Source: Candidatus Omnitrophota bacterium (GTDB lineage Bacteria; Omnitrophota; Omnitrophia; Omnitrophales; Aquincolibacteriaceae). Taken from it: a stretch of DNA of 64,000 bases. The position numbers were made by a program, and so were the translations under genes. Every line of letters starts with the position of its first letter. Within the stretch, counting starts at the first letter, position 1. Location: positions 208,206-272,205 of the forward strand of contig DAOPYQ010000003.1 in NCBI GenBank assembly GCA_035352955.1, read 5' to 3'. Below, one piece after another: positions 12,001 to 27,000 of this stretch. The notes beneath the pieces are model-generated. The model was not told the DNA's origin. It worked only from the letters and a program-made list of their open reading frames with translations, and searched no databases.

Positions 12001-15000
12001 GGACGGATAAATGCAACGTAAACAATGAACGCCGCGGCCACGAAACCGCCAAAGCTCATCCACGCCCACGAGGCTCCCATATAGGGAAGAAGCGCTTTCC
12101 CGACAAGCAGAAAGACCGGAATGAACCCAAGCAGAAGTCCGCGACGGGTCGTGTTAGGACGGGAAAATTCCCCGAGCGGTTTGCTCTCGGAAGAAAGACT
12201 CGCGGGTCTGGCCGGCGGTGACGCAAGCTGATGGTGAAAACCCCAGAAGTCTTCGGTCGCTTCGACAATGTCCATCACATCCAGCACGGAAGTCAGGTAG
12301 GTCGTACTGCCTTTTTCATCCGTCCACCGGAAAAGATCTTTAACCAGTTCAAAGATCTTTTTAAGCATTCCCGGCCGCGTCACCTCTCCCCCATAACCTT
12401 TCACCCCGCTGAACGGTCCCCCGATATTCTGAAGATAGTTCAACACGGCGCCGAAAAGCGAGGGCACAAAAACCATTGTCAGGATGATAAGCCCCAGCGC
12501 CTGGGCCGCACCGACCGCCGAGATCCCGTAAACTCCGGGCACAAGCGCGGCATACAGCATGAACACGAGCGTTGAGCGCCACATCGGATTATTAAAGATT
12601 CCCTTGATCGGCTTATCGTCCAGATATCTTGCCGCACGGGTCCGGGCAAAGCTTTTTCCGATGAACCTCAACCACGTCGTCGGAAGATCGTTCGCCCGCA
12701 ACCATTTATCCATCTTCTGGATCTCGGACAAAAAGTGCATATCGCGATCGTCCCCGATAAGCGCCTTACCGTCAGCACGGGCCAGGAGAGCCGTGCTCAT
12801 TCCCTGGAAAGGCGGTTCGATGCTGGCAAGTTTTTCGAAAAACTCGAACGACAGATTATCCAGGGCCTTATCACTCCAGGGCATCCCTTTCAAGTGGACC
12901 TTTTTCCAGAGCTCTCCCTTCGGAGAATCCGTTTCCTGGGCCGTCTTGTAGGCACGGAGATTTTTAAGATTCGCCCGCGCCCAACGGACCTGTTCCCAAC
13001 TGTCCGAAAGCGTCGCCGTCACGATCTCGTCTTCACCGTTGGTTTTCGCCGCCAATCCGTTGTCGGCGTTCAGGTTCAGGTCCCCCTGTTTCAGCCCCAA
13101 GATCTTCTCTTTGTCCAGTGTATCCAGATGCTTGAACAGAATACCGTCAAGGAGAACGGTCCGGGTGTAATACGGCCCCCAAACAAATCCCTTCGTCGGC
13201 CTGGCCATACGGCGCGAAACCTTGGTCGGGATGGTGTATTTACCGAACGCGCGATTGTAATTCACGAGACCTGCCGTAAACATGACGGTCGGGAAAAGCA
13301 TCTTGTGGATCGCCCGTCCCTGCGTCCATTTCATACTGGCCTTCTTCTCCTTGTAGAAGGTCGCCCCCTGAAGAACGCCGATATCGGGCCGCTTGGCGAG
13401 CGCCTGCACGAAATAAGGCACCGCGCCCGCGAAAGCGAAATTCGCGCCATCCACCGTCGTGGTAAACCTGACGTTCGGCTCCGGCTCGCCTTCCTCATCA
13501 AGCACGTATCGGGAAGTCTTCCGGATCTCTTCCGGATAGACCGACGCGAGAAGTGTCCGGTTCAGCCACTGTCCTTCGAGTTCCAGGGTTTTGATCTCCG
13601 TCTTGAGGGATTTCACTTTACGGCTTGCGGCCAGAACCTCTTTTTTCTTGGCGGATTTCTCCGCGTCGTTCGTTTCCGGCATCGCGTTGGCAGCCGCCAA
13701 AACCTGTTCCGCCGCCGTCAATGCGTTCCGCTTGGCCCCCAAAAGATCAGCCACCTTCATGTCCCGGGAAATCAACGGGAGATACGCCGTCGCGCCTTCC
13801 AGCTGCGTCTCGATCTCACCGTAATGTTTCGGCTCTTTGGAGAGAACCGCCGCAACCGCATCGCACCAATGTACATAGGTCTTGGTGTTGATGCGTGCCA
13901 TAACAGGTTGAAGGATCGCCTGCCACGCCGCGTTATCGTTGGCCTTTTCAAGCTTTCCGAGGATGTCCTGGGTCACCAAGCCAAGCTCTCTCAGGATCGC
14001 AAGATCGCTCGCGAGGAATTTCTTTTTCTCGGAACTTCTTTCAATAAGGTCTTTTTTCAGCTTCTGGATCCGCGCCGACATCCCCAGATCCTCCCATGCC
14101 GCGCCAAAAAAAGCGCCTTCGTGTTGAACGACGGCATTGACCGCATCCAGCCATTGGGCGCCCGTCATGGCATTAAGATCGTCAGGAGTAACCGTTGCAG
14201 GTTGCAGCCCGAGTTCCATCAAAATGAACTTGTCGCTATCCCGCAGAGTCCCGGCAGCGATGCGGGTCTTCATCCCGGCAAGCAATAGCGGGATATTCAG
14301 ATCCGAAGCGAACACGGCGTAAGAATCTTTTTTCCGCGGCATGAGAGCCTGGATCATCGGCGTGTCCTTCACCTGATCATAGGGAACGAACCAGCTGTCT
14401 TTGGTCGCCACACCGAGAATGAACGGGGTTTGGGGATTATCAAGCATCGGGAGAAACGCCTTGTAGGGATTGGCGACGGACATGATCTCCGCGGAATAGA
14501 TCGCCGCGAACGCTTTTGCTTTCGCCGCGTCGATCTTTGCCTCGATCTCCGCTACTTTTTCTTTCGCTTCATCCAGTCTCTTTTGTTTGGCCTCTTTGTT
14601 TTTTAAAAATGTTTTCCTCAATATTTCCGCAGCCTTTTTCGCCTCGGCCTTCGCGGCTTCCAGCTGGGACTCCAACGGGGCAAGCCCGCTCAAAATACCC
14701 TGGGTCTCACGGACTGTGGCAAGGGCGGCACCCAGCTCATCGGCCGTGGCACCGTCAACCACGGCATTCCGGATCCCGTCGCCGTAGAGCGCCTCCAAAA
14801 ACACCCGGTTAAGGAAATTCCGCACGGCTTCCGGTTTCTTGACATCCTCCTTGGCCTTTGCAATAGCCTCGAGAGCCTGTTTGACAGCCGCATCTTTACC
14901 GGCCTTCTCGGCAGCATTGGTCTCCGGCATTCCCTCGGCCGTCGTCAAAGCCGCCTTGGCAGTCTGCAGCGCGTTCTGCAAAGCAGTTATGTCACCCGCT

Positions 15001-18000
15001 GCGGTCGCAGCGCGATCGAGCATTTCCTGGGGCACACCCGCGGCCTGCAACTGTAAAAGGACCTTCTGGTGAAGAGCCGTATCAGCCATCACTTTCCTTA
15101 GAGCAGCGATCCACTGGGCTTCCGTAATAGAATTGAGCTGGGCCGGAGTAACCGTAGCGGGATCCAGACCCAGAGCATTCAAAATGAGCGCGTCGCTCGC
15201 ACTCCCGGAAAGCACCGCCGCCGCAAGCGACCGCGAATTGACCTTCAAGGAAAGATTGGCCGTCACATTCCGGTTAACAGCCTTCCTGTCCGGATTTGTG
15301 TCATCCTTCAACGCTGCCCGGAGTTTTGCGGCACCCCGCTTGATATAAGCTTCGATCGAAGATCGGGAGCCCAAAAGGAACGGCCGGCCGCTGCGCGTGT
15401 GTACTTCCACCGCATCCGGATCCGCACCGTGAAAATCTCCGGCGCCGTTCCCCGGCGTGCCGTCCTCGCCATACCCCGTAAAAGAGCCGAGCATCGGAAC
15501 GTTCCTGGCCGGCTTGCGGTCTCCGGGCCAATAGGAAATCATCATGCGCTCGTGCCCCTCGACATACATTCCCTGTTCATCATCAAAATAACCGAGATAT
15601 TTCCAGTAAGCCTGCGCCCGCTTATGAAGTTCTTTCATCATCACTTCGGCCGTCATGTCCCCGGTCTTGGAATCCGTGATCTTGGCTACCCAGCGGGCAC
15701 CCGCCTGAAGCACGACCCGGGCCTGTTTAAAATTGCTCCCGATCAGGATCCTTGCCAGCGAATTCACGACCTTATCCAGATCTTCCGGTCCGCCATCCAT
15801 GAGCCAGGGTTGAGCGGTCAGCACCAGTTCCCCTTTTTCAAAGGCATACTTTACGCCTTTCGGCAATTTCTTGAGCATATTGGCCAAAAGGACATCGTTC
15901 AGATCCAGCACCCGGATCCTTTTCTGGAGGGCGGTTTCCCGTTCGGCTATGCTCTCTTTCCAGTTTTGGATCGCACCGGCGTAAGTCTTTTCAAGCGCGT
16001 CACGGTTCAGCGATCCGATCCCTGCCCGAAGGGAGGCTTCTTCAATTCTTGCGTTGTTGATCTCTTGTTCCGTCTTCAGGAGAGCCTTCTCACCCGCATT
16101 GACCTCGTAGATCATCCCCAAAACCGTCTTGCTCGCACGGGAGAACGACCTCTCCAACCGAATCTTCCGCTGCGACAACGCTTCTTTTTCCGCTCCGGGA
16201 TCCATCCCTTTAAGCGCATCGGTCGTCTTCTCCAAATCCGTCTCGATCGTTTCCATCTCCAGCTTTGCGGCTTCCAGAGAGGATATCCTGTCAATGAGTT
16301 TGCAAATGTCCTCGAGCTTCGCCTGTTCATCCTTCTGTTCCTGAATGTCCAGCGCCAGCTTCTTTTTATCTTCCCCGTCGGGCAATCTCGCCAGCTGCTC
16401 GTTCATTTTCTTGAGATTGTCCTTGAGCTCCTTGATCCGAGCCTCGACCAAAGCGACCGTCTCGTATTTAACTTCCCTGGGAAGACCTTTCACAAGATCC
16501 TTCAGCTCTTTCCCGGCGGCATCCAAAACAACATCGGCCGAGGCCTCGATCTTCGCGGGTATATTGCGACGAGGCGTGTCGTCCGTAAGAAGGTCGTTAA
16601 GCGCCGCCGCCAGCTGATCTTTGGTTGCGCGGTCGATCACCTCGGCATAGGTTCTCCCCATAACGCCAAGCCCCACGAGCCTTTCGATAATCTTGTCGTT
16701 CGTCTTCCTGAAAGAAGCATTTTTCAACATAGCTTTAAGACCCGCGACACGGGCGTCGGGGATATCCGCCGCGGTAAACGCTATCGATCCCGCAAAGGTT
16801 CCGGCAAGACGTACTTGTTGGCGATGATTTTCGTACAAAGCCAACGCGGCATCCGCTGCGGCCACAAGTTGCGTCAGCAAGGGATCTCCGGGATTAAGAG
16901 CGAGCCTCTGCCGGAGAACGATCCCCTGAACAAATGCTTGCGCGGTAAATATATCGGCGTTGCTTTGTTCAATCTCTCCTTCCGGTGCCTTCGTCCGGTC
17001 TGCCGCGGGGATATTCTGGAAAACCCGGAGCAGGCCGATCTCATTTTGCAGACGTAAAATATCGGCCTTTTGAACCGCTGTACGCGTGGCCTCGGGTATC
17101 GCAAGAAGCGGCGCGACGGCGGTCTGTCGCTCCGCCACAAGGGCCTCAACCTCATCCACGGACAGTTCAAAAGAAATTCCGTTCGTTGCCGCAAAACCCT
17201 GATAGAGACCCGCCCTGGCGCGGGTCAGATTAAGGGCGCCGGTCAACTCCTCTTTCGTAGCGCTGTCGATCAGGACCGAATCATCCGTAACGGGTTTTTT
17301 CTTTTGTATTTCCCTGATCTTTCTCAGACTTGCGATCACAACCTGATTGATCTGCGCGTTGCTGGGATCCTTAAGCGCCGCGCGCAAAGCAGCTTCGTCC
17401 ACCGCGTCCTGGGAGATGAGGCCGCTGTTGGCCACCTTATCGATATCCAGAGCTTCCTGAAGGACCGCGTCAAGCTCGGGTTCAGACATTTCCCAATTCT
17501 TCCGCTCCTGAAGGGCCCTCTTTCTCGAAGCAAGCGCTTTTTTTGCGGCGGAAATTTCCGCGGAAGTTTTCCCGTCGGCTCTCATCGTGTTGATTGCATT
17601 CGCGTCCGCCAGGATCGCCTGTTCTTCCTCATGGATCTCCGCCTGTTCGTCAGCCGGAATATTCCTTTTCCCGGAATCAATGTCCCCCCTGACAAGACCG
17701 CTATACCGGTCATTCGCCATCCATACCGCCAGAAGGAACGGAACAGCGACCAGGGGAAGGCTCCACCAGTTCAACACAAACCACGCCACGATCGGCCCCC
17801 ATCCCAAAAACGCGATCCCGGCAAAATAGCCCCAGGCCGTGATCCCTGCGGCGACAAGACCGGTCAGCAAAAAGAACCCTTTCTGTTGCGCCAGGAGCGT
17901 GGCCCAAAAAGTTTCGCTTAAGCTGTTATACATTGACTTATAAATGAACATGAAGAGCACGACAGCCACCGCCGAAATAGCGACCGCCCACGGCGTGACC

Positions 18001-21000
18001 ACTCCCAGGGCCCAGAAAATAAAGATAAGATCGGTAAACCCGAAAAGAAATTTCCCGACCACCATGCGGAAATCGGCCCATTTCCTGTTCGTGATCCAGG
18101 CTCTTACCTGAGCCGCTTTTTCAGCTTTCACATCCGCCCGCAACTCCGCTCGCACTGAAGATTGGGCCAACGCTGAACCATAAATTTGATCAAGGAGGCC
18201 ATAGTTCAGGCTCCGAATTTCTTCTTTGCCCGGCAGGCCTTCATCCGCCGCAGTCTCGAAAGCGCTCCGAACCGCGGGATCAATACCCCGGTTCGAGATA
18301 GTTTGCGCTATATCGTTTAATCGGCGTTCGGCATCGGCCAACGCATTTCCAGCTCGTTCAACCTTGCGCCCATCAAAGAAGACCGCCATCCTGGCTTTCG
18401 TCACATCAAAATACCACTCGCCCTTTTGGGACAACCAATCGAACACGTTAGAAACATATTCGAGAACTTCACGGATCGTTTCCACACGGAAAGGCCAAAT
18501 GACCGGCCGCAACGCCTTAACCTGATCCCAACGATGGTCTATCTCGCTGCGAACCCGGGTCTGCAAATAATCCCTATCGGCCCGGCTGGTCGCCTGATCA
18601 CGTTGTTCAGATTCAAACTCAGCTCTGAGGATCTTGCTACGGGATATGGCTTCTATCCACTGTTCCACTAACCTGTCGACTTTGGCAGGTTCCAAACCTT
18701 TGGCGATCAAGGCTTGCTTCAAATCCTCGATACTTTCAATTCGTTGAAGCAACCGCTGCATCTCCAACGAGAGTTGTGTCCTGTTAATCTGACCGGAAAG
18801 AAGCTGCGGCAGATCCGTACGATCAAGAACCTTATTAAGCGCAAATGCCATTAATGAACCATTGTCCTGTCTTTTCAGATTGCGCAGAATTTTCTCAAAG
18901 AAAGACGTCTTAGCGAGTTCTCCTGATATAAGGCGGTCGCTAGCCCTATCTTTTCCAAGCTCACTATTTAAGGCAGCGATATCCATTTGGGCCGGCGTAA
19001 ATCTGACTGCCCGGGTCATATATTGGTACTTGGCAAATTTAAAAATCACCCGGAAGAGCAGCGCCGCAAAAGCGGCCGCGACACCATAGAAGAAGATCTG
19101 CTGAAGAGGGGCTTCGACTCGGCTGAAGTTCAGGAAATCGGGCAACTTATGTTCCGTGTTGCTCCACGGAAGCCTGAAATATTTATTCCCGGCATCGAAA
19201 TTGATCCCTTTCGAGAAAAAGGTCTTTTGCCCCTGCTTGCCCGGGATCTTCTCCGCGGGCGCAACCAGGTCCATCCAGTCCATGTTCCCACGCTGGGTGA
19301 TCGCAGCCGCCTTGTCCGTCAGGATCTGCTCGCGGGCATTCAGGTCGGTTTTGGGAATATACGGCACCAAAACCCCGTTCTTGTCCCGGGAAGAAAGAAG
19401 GATTTCATAAAGACCCAGTTGCTTCGCCGGGTCGGGATTCTGGAGATCCTCAAAGACTGCGATCCAGAGCGGTGACCCGAGCTTTGGCTTCGGCCGGGGA
19501 TTCGAAACGATCCTTCGTTCATTCTCAGCCTGATAGGACACGTCCAGCAGGCGCTGGTATTTGTCCGTCACACGCTGCATAAAATTGAAAAGATCGAGCG
19601 GCGTGATCGCCCCCTTATCGAGAAGCGCCTGGACACGGGCTTCAAGAGCCCGGAGCTGGATCGCCTTAAGCTCCGGATCTTCCTTCCATTTTTCCTCTTG
19701 GGTCCTTTCAATACTGATCTTCAGAGAATCGCTGTAGATCCGGTTGTCATTGAACCCTTTGTCCAGAGTGTTATCGATCCCGGTCTGACGCTCGTCCTTA
19801 ATGAAACCTTCCCGACTGTACCGGGCCGCCGCGGGAGTTTCCGCTTCGACTCCTTCGGGAAGAAGTTTGTAGAGGTCCATCGCCCCGTCCTGGCCGAAAA
19901 ATCCACCGAACAACGCAGGAACAAGCCTCGCGCCAAGCGTAGACTGCCAGGCAACGGGATCGGGCTGAGCGGCAAGCCCCACGTCGAGGAGGCTGTCCGC
20001 TTCAAAAAGGATCCTGCGGATATCGGGATCCGGGTTCCCGGCCGCTTTGGCACGGGCATACATATCTTTGGCAAGATCCAGCCACTGATCAAGGAAGGCC
20101 TGAGGGATCCCGCGGTTCGCGCTCCCCTCCGCGATCCTCTGGAGTTCTTTTTCGAATTTTTCCTCCGTCGCAAAGAACGGGACGGCGGCCCGCTGCCTCT
20201 CCGAAATGATCCCCGCAACGCCCTTGGTCCCGCGGATCCCGTCAAACCTCGTCCTTAACGAATCCTCCCGAGCCTTAACATCACTGAATTTTTTCAGTTG
20301 TACCTTGATCTCCTCAAGAAGATTTTCGGGATCGCCGTCTTCCGGCGAGAACACGTTTTTCCCGTCATCACTCGTTTTCCAAAATCCATTCGCCTTAACG
20401 GTCGCCCGGTCCAGGACTTCCTTGGACCGGTGGAACACCTTGGCCTTCACAATACGGTCCTTGACCTTGTCGAGAGACTCGTATCCCATATCCTTCAGAA
20501 TACGCGGCATGATATAACCGTTCAGGAACAATATTTCATCCGCCGAATACCCCGTCCGGAGCATCTCCCCGGCGAACAATTCCAGCTCGGTATTGTCGAA
20601 GAGGATCGGGGAATCTTTCAAAGCGCCGGCCTCCTTATCGTTCAGGACGTTTCGCCGGTCGCCAAGGACATTAAAGGCCTCTTCAAGAACCACGTCATAG
20701 GGCGCGGTCTGATAGATCCCCTTCACGGCATCAAGTCGCGCTTGACGTTTGTCTTCGATCGCCTTGCGGCTGTTGGAAAATTCGTATTCCAGGTTCTGCT
20801 GCTCCCCCGAACGCTCGCGAGCCTGGCGGTCCTTCTGGACGCGGTAATTTTTAAGAAACCAGTCCGCGTAATCACTCAGGAATTTTTCTTCGCCGAGGTT
20901 CGACCGCCCGGAAAGTCTCGAGAGATCGCTCACCGGACCGTAAGCCGCACGTTCCAGAGATTCCTTGGCGTCTTTCAGCGCGACCATCAGTTCATAGAAG

Positions 21001-24000
21001 ATGGCTTCCGCCTCCGCCGGAGAAACTCCCATCGCATCGATCTTCGCCTTCTGGGCAACCCCCCAATCCATCCCGAAAACGCTCCGGGAGGCCGCCTCTT
21101 CCTGGATCACAGGAAGGTCCATCCCAAAGATCTGGCGGTAAAGGAACCGGTAAGCCCGCATCGACTCATATCCGGGCGCCGGCCGGGTGTCCGTGTTCGT
21201 GTAAAGTTCCGTCGAATACTTATCGACAAGATTCTGGATCGCGCGCGCCGTGCGGAGATCGGCCATTTTGTTGCCCTTCTCGCTGATCGTCAAAGACGCC
21301 CCTCGCGCACCGCGGACAAGCCCGGGCAACGCTTCCGGAGAAGAAAATGTTCCGTAGGTTTTGTAAAGCACCGCGTCCACGATCGCCGCATCCGCCAACC
21401 ACTGATAAAGACGTTTCGGGAGTTCCCCCGGCTTTTTATCAAAGAACTTCGCCCCGTTCTCCTGGATCTGAAGCTCGCGGGACACGGTCCCAAAGATCTT
21501 TTCGATCGGCCATTTAGCGTGATGCTTCAGCACCCAATCTCTGTTGACCGGGTTCCCGTCCTTGTCTTCCATGATACCAAGATTGTTCAATCGCATGGCA
21601 AGCTCGGCAGGGAAATCGACCGCCACGTCTTTATAAGGATTGCCGGTGATCTCGCGGCCGGTCACCGCCGCAGCCAGCAACCCGCGGCCGGTCAAGAGGT
21701 TCGCGTAGGCATTCCGTGTCTCAATGGCCTTCGCCCGGCCCTTCACCGGATCGGACTCCACTTCTTCGCGAAGCAATACCACACGGGAATAAGCTGCCAG
21801 GTCGCCGCGCGGCAAGCTTTGAACGGGGAGCATATCCTCTTGCTCGAGTTGTTTTGCCTCATCCGGTCCCACGCGATCGTCCACGACCGGGTAAAGCGAG
21901 TTCGCGGCCTGCAGGAACATTTCGATCCCGACGCGTTCCTCGATCTTCTGACTTGCTTTTTTGGGATCCGCGGGATCCGCAAGCCCCCAACGAACCTGTT
22001 CGCCAACCCACGCCTTCGCGTCATCGATCGTGTAAGCCTCTTCCTTCAGCCCCGGACGATGATCTTTCCCTTCGATCCTGGCCGCCATCCGCTGGCGTTC
22101 CCCTTCAAGCATCCAGAACGGCTTCGCGGCGGGATTCTTGGTGTATCCCTCGAGTTCCGTGCTGAGATCCTTGCCGGCTGTTTCCTTGGCATTAAGCACC
22201 GTCTTGACCCAACGGTAATATGTGGGAGGTTCCAGTTTTTCCAGACCCGGCCGCGCATGCCGTAGCTCCTGGATCATCGTGTCCTCGGCATCCAACTCGG
22301 TCCGCTTGACGGGAAGATTGATATCGGGGAGACGGCTCGCGTCATAGATCTTCACCCGGCGATCGAGAACTTCTTTGGCCTTATCAAGGATCTGATGGGG
22401 GCTGACATCCTTGTTCTCAGAACCTTTCAAGGGCAGTCCTTCTTTTTCGATCTGACGAAGGATCTCCACATCTGTCGCCATGATCAAGCCGGAAGTGGCA
22501 CGTTTATCCTTCTCCATGGCCTTGAATTCGCCGGTATCCTTGTCCGTCGCCTTGAGATATTCTCTGGCGTCCTTATCAAATTCTTTCCCCATGAGAACAT
22601 AGAAAAGCGTCCAGGCACGTCCTTCATTCTCAGGAAGGATCGCACCGTCCGCTTCCAGGATCCCGTCGAACATATCCCCTTTTCCCTTACCGAGCTGGGT
22701 CGAAAGGGCAAAAAGCAATCCGAAGGCCTTCCCTTCCTGGTCATACGAAAGATCATAGGTTTTCCGCGCCTCACTTCCGGTCCAGGAGTTCGGTCCCGTC
22801 AGGGATTTCAGCGAATCGCTCAAGTTCAGCGCGACGCGGACCGTGGCCTTCAACTCGGTAAGACGGCTCGCAACCGAGCGCGACAAATACGCTTTCCGGT
22901 CGGCTTCTCTTTCAAAATTGGTCCCGTTCAGAAGATCGTCCAAAAGGCCCATCGCAGTGCCCATCTCGACGCCAAAACGGATATCGTCAAGGTTCTGACG
23001 CATCCGGGCCTTAAGGTCCGCGATGTTCTGATCCGTCAGGGTGATCTCGCCCCGCGCGTGGCGGTCGAGGAGCTTCTGAACTTCACGAGCGGGCGCGGCC
23101 CCGGGATGAAGGATCAACTGTTCGTCGGCAAGAAAGACCGGCTGTCTCACATGCCCGTTGGAGAGCGTGACGGGTTCCCTCATGGTCTGCATCAGTTGGG
23201 CCACGATGTACCCGACCGCGGGCCATTCTTCGTTCGAGATCTGGCGGAGCGCCTGGATCCTCATCAACGATTCATCGAACGCGCGGATCTTCATTTCGCT
23301 CGGGTGATCTTCGAGAGCGGTCACCAGCTTCCCGTCCTTGAAATGTCCGCGCACCATCGAAAGGAATTCCATCGCCGCCGGCCGATTCGTGCTGAAATCC
23401 ATCATCCGGCGTCCCTGCAACTGTCCGACGAGTTTGTTGAAATTGTAGGAGGCCATCATCTGCTCGACCTCGACACGGATCTCCGGATCGTTCAGCATGG
23501 CTTCCGTCAGTTCGACGCCCCTCATCTTGGCGTAAACCGACCAGGCCAGAATATTGCCGATCTCATACGGGTCGTTCACGCTGAGCGGAATACCCTTCGC
23601 CCGGTAGACCTTATCGAGAACGATTTTGGTCTTCGGCATGGATTCGATCAGATCGCCGACCCAATTCATGAGCGCGGCATCGTCTTTAGCGTTGATGTTC
23701 CGGAGCAACTCGGGATCATCCTTCACCATGTCGAACATGCGGGCGAAGAAATCCGCGAACCCGATCTCGCCGAAATCGATCCCGGCATCGCGCAGGGACT
23801 CCTTGAGAAGACCCGACATCACCACCGGCTCATTCCAGTCCTGCGAGTACAGATTCCCCCATTTATCCCCGGGAAGAAGCATGGTCCCGCCGGCCTCCGC
23901 CTTCGCGAGAAGTTTGGCCTTGGCAGCACGGGCATAAAATTCTCCGAGCGGGATGATCCAACGCTCGTTCAGTTGCTCCGGGGTGAGGGTTTTGAGCAAA

Positions 24001-27000
24001 TTATGGCGTTCCGCCACGCGACCGAGCTGGTTTGCAAAAAGGATCTTCAGATTCGCCGGAAGATTTCCCTTCCCCATCTTCTCAAGCAAATAGTCCGCCC
24101 GATCCTTCAGTGCCGGATAGAGAAGTAATTTATCGTCGATGACCTGCGACACGATCTTGCCGTCCGGAAGTTTCTTCGGCATCAGAACCTCGAGATCCAT
24201 CGATTCGATCACGCGCCCCTCTTCGATCGGAGCCCGCTCGGCCTTGACCGCGGCCTTCGGCGCCCCCTCTGAGGTCGCCGCAACATCAAAGGCATTCTTC
24301 AACCGGGCCTCAAGCCCCTCGACACGGGCCTTCGCCCGGAGCACATCCTGCTCCCGGATATCCGTCATAATCTCGGAAGCAAAAAAGAAGATCCCGGCCA
24401 GCGCCGATCCGCTGATCGACCGGTCCAAAGCCGCCCGATAATCGTTGCGCGCCAATTCAAGCTCGGCGCTGATCTGCTCACGGGTCTGGTTCGGCGTTCT
24501 GCCAAAAGCTCTTTCGACTCCCGCAAGCGCCCGGGACTGAGACCTGAGCGCCAAATCCTCGGCTAGTAACCGGGACCACCCGGACGAAAAACCAGAAACT
24601 CCGGAGGAAAGTTCTTCGACGACGTTTTTATAAACGAGAGACCGGCGCTCCGTCTCGACCTGTCCCAGCCTGCGGTTGATCTTTTGCCGGGTTTCATCCA
24701 GCTTCTCGGCAAAGGCTTTTTCCATTTTTGCTTCGGCTGTTTTCGGGTCTCTGCCATAATCACCGCGGAACCCGTCCAGAAATTTCTCGGCATCCTTCAG
24801 ATCCAGTTCCCCGCTCATGAACAGACCTGCGTTCGGCGCAAGAAACCGGCTCTTAAGCTCCGAAAAAACCTTGTCGTCTTTCAGGAACTTCTCGAGATCG
24901 CCCCGGACCTGTTCGAGACCGGTTTTTCCGGCAATATAATCGCGCTGGCTCCGGAGACCGCTCTTCCCGTCGGCCCAGATCCCGTCCATCCACCGGCTCA
25001 TCGCGACAGGGCGCTGCGCCTTGGGAATATTGTATTTGTCAAAAAGCTCCGTCTGGGCCTTCTGGAACGCGCTGACCCGCGCTTCGGTCTCCTTGGGAGC
25101 CAAAGCTTTCTCGGCCACGGGTTCGGAGGTCACGAGAAGCCCGCCCTCGTACCTCGCCTTTCCGACCGGCAAACCCTCCATGGAAAGTCCCAAGATCTTC
25201 GGGTCGATCTTGTTGCGGGTGAGAAAATCGACCAGGTCGATCTCCGCGCCGCGATGATCGAAGTAAGCAAAGTGAAATGCCCGCTGAGCGTTCTGAACTT
25301 CGTTGAGATAATTTTTGAAATAATCGAGGCCCTGGTTCCCCTTGAGAACGTTCTGGAGGGCCGTTTCATAAGCACCCTCACCCGTCACGGCGGCAAGCCT
25401 CTCGTCATAGATGGTGACGAGCCTTCCGGTGGATTCAAAATAGTGCGCTTTGGACCAGAGCTCCTGCTCGAAATTTTGCCGGTCTTTGGCATCCATAAGC
25501 TTCATTTTCTCAAGCAATAAGGCATTCTCCTTGAGCGACGACCACCAATCCCCGCCCCAAAGCTGGATGGAAGTCCCGGCCGTAATGTCCTGATTGAGGA
25601 CCTGCTGGCCGTCCGCATTCAGAAGACCGAAACGGGCCCAAACGCTCGCCTGTCGCGTCATGATCTGCTCGCGAGTGATATTAAGACGTTTGATCACTCC
25701 TTGGGTGTCCCGGACCTCGGGATTTTTTTCCGATAACTTGGCCGCATCGATCTTCCCCGTGTTGATGTCCTTGAGAAGTCTGTCGACGCCCTTGATCCCG
25801 AAATCGGTCTGGGAACCGAGGACCACGGACTCAATATCAAGGGAGAACCCCGTCGCTTTATAGAAATTGCTCCGGGCTTCCAGGACGGAACGCTCGGCTT
25901 CGAGGATCCGGTTGGCCATCAGGAGCAACCGTTCCTGGGACGCCATTTTCTCCTGATCGGTCGCCTCGAGGGTCTGCACCTTCAGCGCGTGCGCCCGCTC
26001 CACGAGCGCTTTCACCTGCCGCTGCTCCTCCGGGATAAGCCGGGTATACAAGTGTTTTTCCGCCTCGTATTTATTGAGAGCCTTGTAGAGATCGTGCTTT
26101 TGGTCCTCAAGCTTCGTCTCGACATCGTCCCGGGTCTTCTGATCGATCGAATCCCGCTTTTGCCCTTCAAAATCCCAGATCAGTTCGCCGAGATAGAATT
26201 GCGCCTTTACAGAAAGCGTCTGGTCCGTGTAGCCCCCGCTACGCTGCCGCCCCGCCTCAAAAAGAGCGTCTCCTTCATTGAACCCCGAGCCGACCACGCC
26301 CATTTGCGTGCGGCTCTTCTGCCTGGCAAGATACTGGTTGATCTCCATATCCAGCCCCGCGATCTTGTAAGGCACAGTCTCTTTCGCGATCTCTTCAACG
26401 GTCTTTCCGGCGGCTTTTCCGGCTCCTACAACCTCGCCACCCGTGGTTCCCCCCGCAACCTCCTGGTCGATCATCGTGTGATCAATACCCCGCTGGAACA
26501 ACCGGTCTTTCTGGTCGCGAACGCTGCGCTTGAGGCTCGCCAGCTGCTCGTTCCAGCGCTCAAGCTCCGTCATATCGCGTTCCCGGGTACTACGGTCGCC
26601 GCTCGTGAAAAGATTTGAAAAAACACGGAACCAGCCCCTGTCACCGGCTTTTTCCTTCTCATACGCGATCCGCGTTTCGGTGCTCTTGATCAGCTTGAGG
26701 CCCGTGCGGTACTCATCTTCAGCCGCTTCCTGGTCCGCCATAAAACGGTCCAAGGCGTCCTTGGAACCAAGAGCAATTACCTGGTAATCGCGCTGCAAAC
26801 CGCGGATCCTGTTCTCGCGGCCTTTGAGATCGTAGAACAAGCGCGACGCGAGCGGTCCCGCCAAGGGAATCAGGTCCACCACTGAGGCAGCGCCATAGCC
26901 AAGCCCGTTCCAGAACGGTCCGACCCCGGCTTTTCCGTCTCCGTTCGTGTCCCAGAAGTAACCCGCCGCAACGCCCCCGTCGAGGACAGACATCGTCTCA

